Below, in pieces: positions 63,518 to 64,000 of a stretch of DNA of 64,000 bases. Location of the stretch: contig JADJFE010000002.1 in the NCBI GenBank assembly GCA_016708725.1, forward strand, positions 150,505 to 214,504. Direction: 5' to 3'. Within the stretch, counting starts at the first letter, position 1. Each line of letters opens with the position of its first letter. The notes below the pieces were generated by a model that had not been told where the DNA came from, ran no database searches, and was given only the letters and a program-made list of their open reading frames with translations. A program made the position numbers and the translations under genes. The stretch is from Candidatus Aalborgicola bjergmarkensis (GTDB lineage Bacteria; Pseudomonadota; Gammaproteobacteria; Burkholderiales; Burkholderiaceae_C).

Positions 63518-63788
63518 AGGCAGTAATGACAATGAGTTTTCCGGTAAAACCGACTTTGACGACAACCTCTGCGGCGGTGCCATTGAGCGTAGTGCCCGCA
63601 ATTACAAACTTTGTTTCGTTTGTTCTGGTGTCGCGTTGCCGCTCAACGACATCCCCGGAAAGAACGATGCTCTCAAGGTCGAGGACTGAAAGGCCGTCAT
63701 CTTCAAGCTCTTCCGCAGCGTGTGACGAGACAAAGTAATCGAGGTTACGAACCAGCCGTCGGAAATGGTTGATCGTGTAACGTGCCAT
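63507..63788 (-). CDS. DUF4258 family putative toxin
   Basis: YFVSSHAAEELEDDGL...LSGDVVE...LIVITAY; overlaps the partner gene. Confidence 0.82.
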   Translation of the reverse strand: MARYTINHFRRLVRNLDYFVSSHAAEELEDDGLSVLDLESIVLSGDVVERQRDTRTNETKFVIAGTTLNGTAAEVVVKVGFTGKLIVITAYVC

Positions 63789-63831
63789 GCGTTCCAGTTT
63801 AGCAGGCTGCGGCGATGAATGCGCCGCTAAC

Positions 63832-63900
63832 GAAGGTACCCACGGCATCCAGGCACTGAACCTGCTGGGCCGCAAGACGTTCCGATGCACAACGGCGCTG
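63832..63900 (+). pseudogene. Third, short acyl-CoA dehydrogenase remnant
   Basis: GAAGGTACCCACGGCATCCAGGCACTGAACCTGCTGGGCCGCAAG...ATGCACAACGGCGCTG matches about 53322-53389 (EGTHGIQALDLLGRK..MHNGA). Confidence 0.85.
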
Positions 63901-63904
63901 GCAA

Positions 63905-64000
63905 CCCAAACCAGCGCCTGAGAAAACCAACAAAACTCCCATTTCAATAGCTGTTCCCGCACGTTCCATAAGGCTTTCAAACCGATTTGCCAATAATTTA
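63905..64000 (+). repeat. 3' part of the repeated platform unit (ATAGCTG REP-like element)
   Basis: CCAGCGCCTGAGAAAACC...ACTCCCATTTCAATAGCTGTTCCCGCACG matches about 56310-56400 and 63135-63225. Confidence 0.85.

Noticed and set aside
55996-64000. Repeated 430-bp units as a CRISPR array
   Set aside because: The repeats are far too long, irregularly spaced and diverged, and no cas genes are present; they are explained by attI/intI remnants.

Overview
Chromosomal segment of a GC-rich betaproteobacterium, probably Comamonadaceae-like (inferred from DUF3567, hemB, purU, ruvB, zapE and the ATAGCTG-type repeats). Housekeeping and signalling genes (hemB, corA-like, purU, RND pump, two MCPs, three GGDEF proteins, ruvB, zapE, carbonic anhydrase, fadH, acyl-CoA dehydrogenase) alternate with four accessory zones. 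(1) 81-3262: a deletion-scarred Menshen-like DUF262/ATPase locus and a 333-bp non-autonomous IS200/IS605 element that keeps the tnpB 3' end (putative omegaRNA). (2) 13.7-16.4 kb: fragments of a restriction-modification gene interleaved with toxin-antitoxin genes. (3) 24-36 kb: an island bracketed by repeated thiE 3' ends. It holds a putative toxin-antitoxin-SecB chaperone (TAC) operon and an ATPase/TOPRIM-like pair split by three nested IS-type elements, next to an eroded TPP-riboswitch thiamine operon. (4) 53.9-64 kb, the most striking zone: a serially repeated, integrase-dead integron platform. Each of three units has an attI-like site, a LexA box and an intI 5' remnant, and each carries different AT-rich gene cassettes with attC sites, interleaved with duplicated fadH/acyl-CoA dehydrogenase sequence. 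No CRISPR array, rRNA or tRNA was seen. Family names come from motif recognition by eye, not from database searches.
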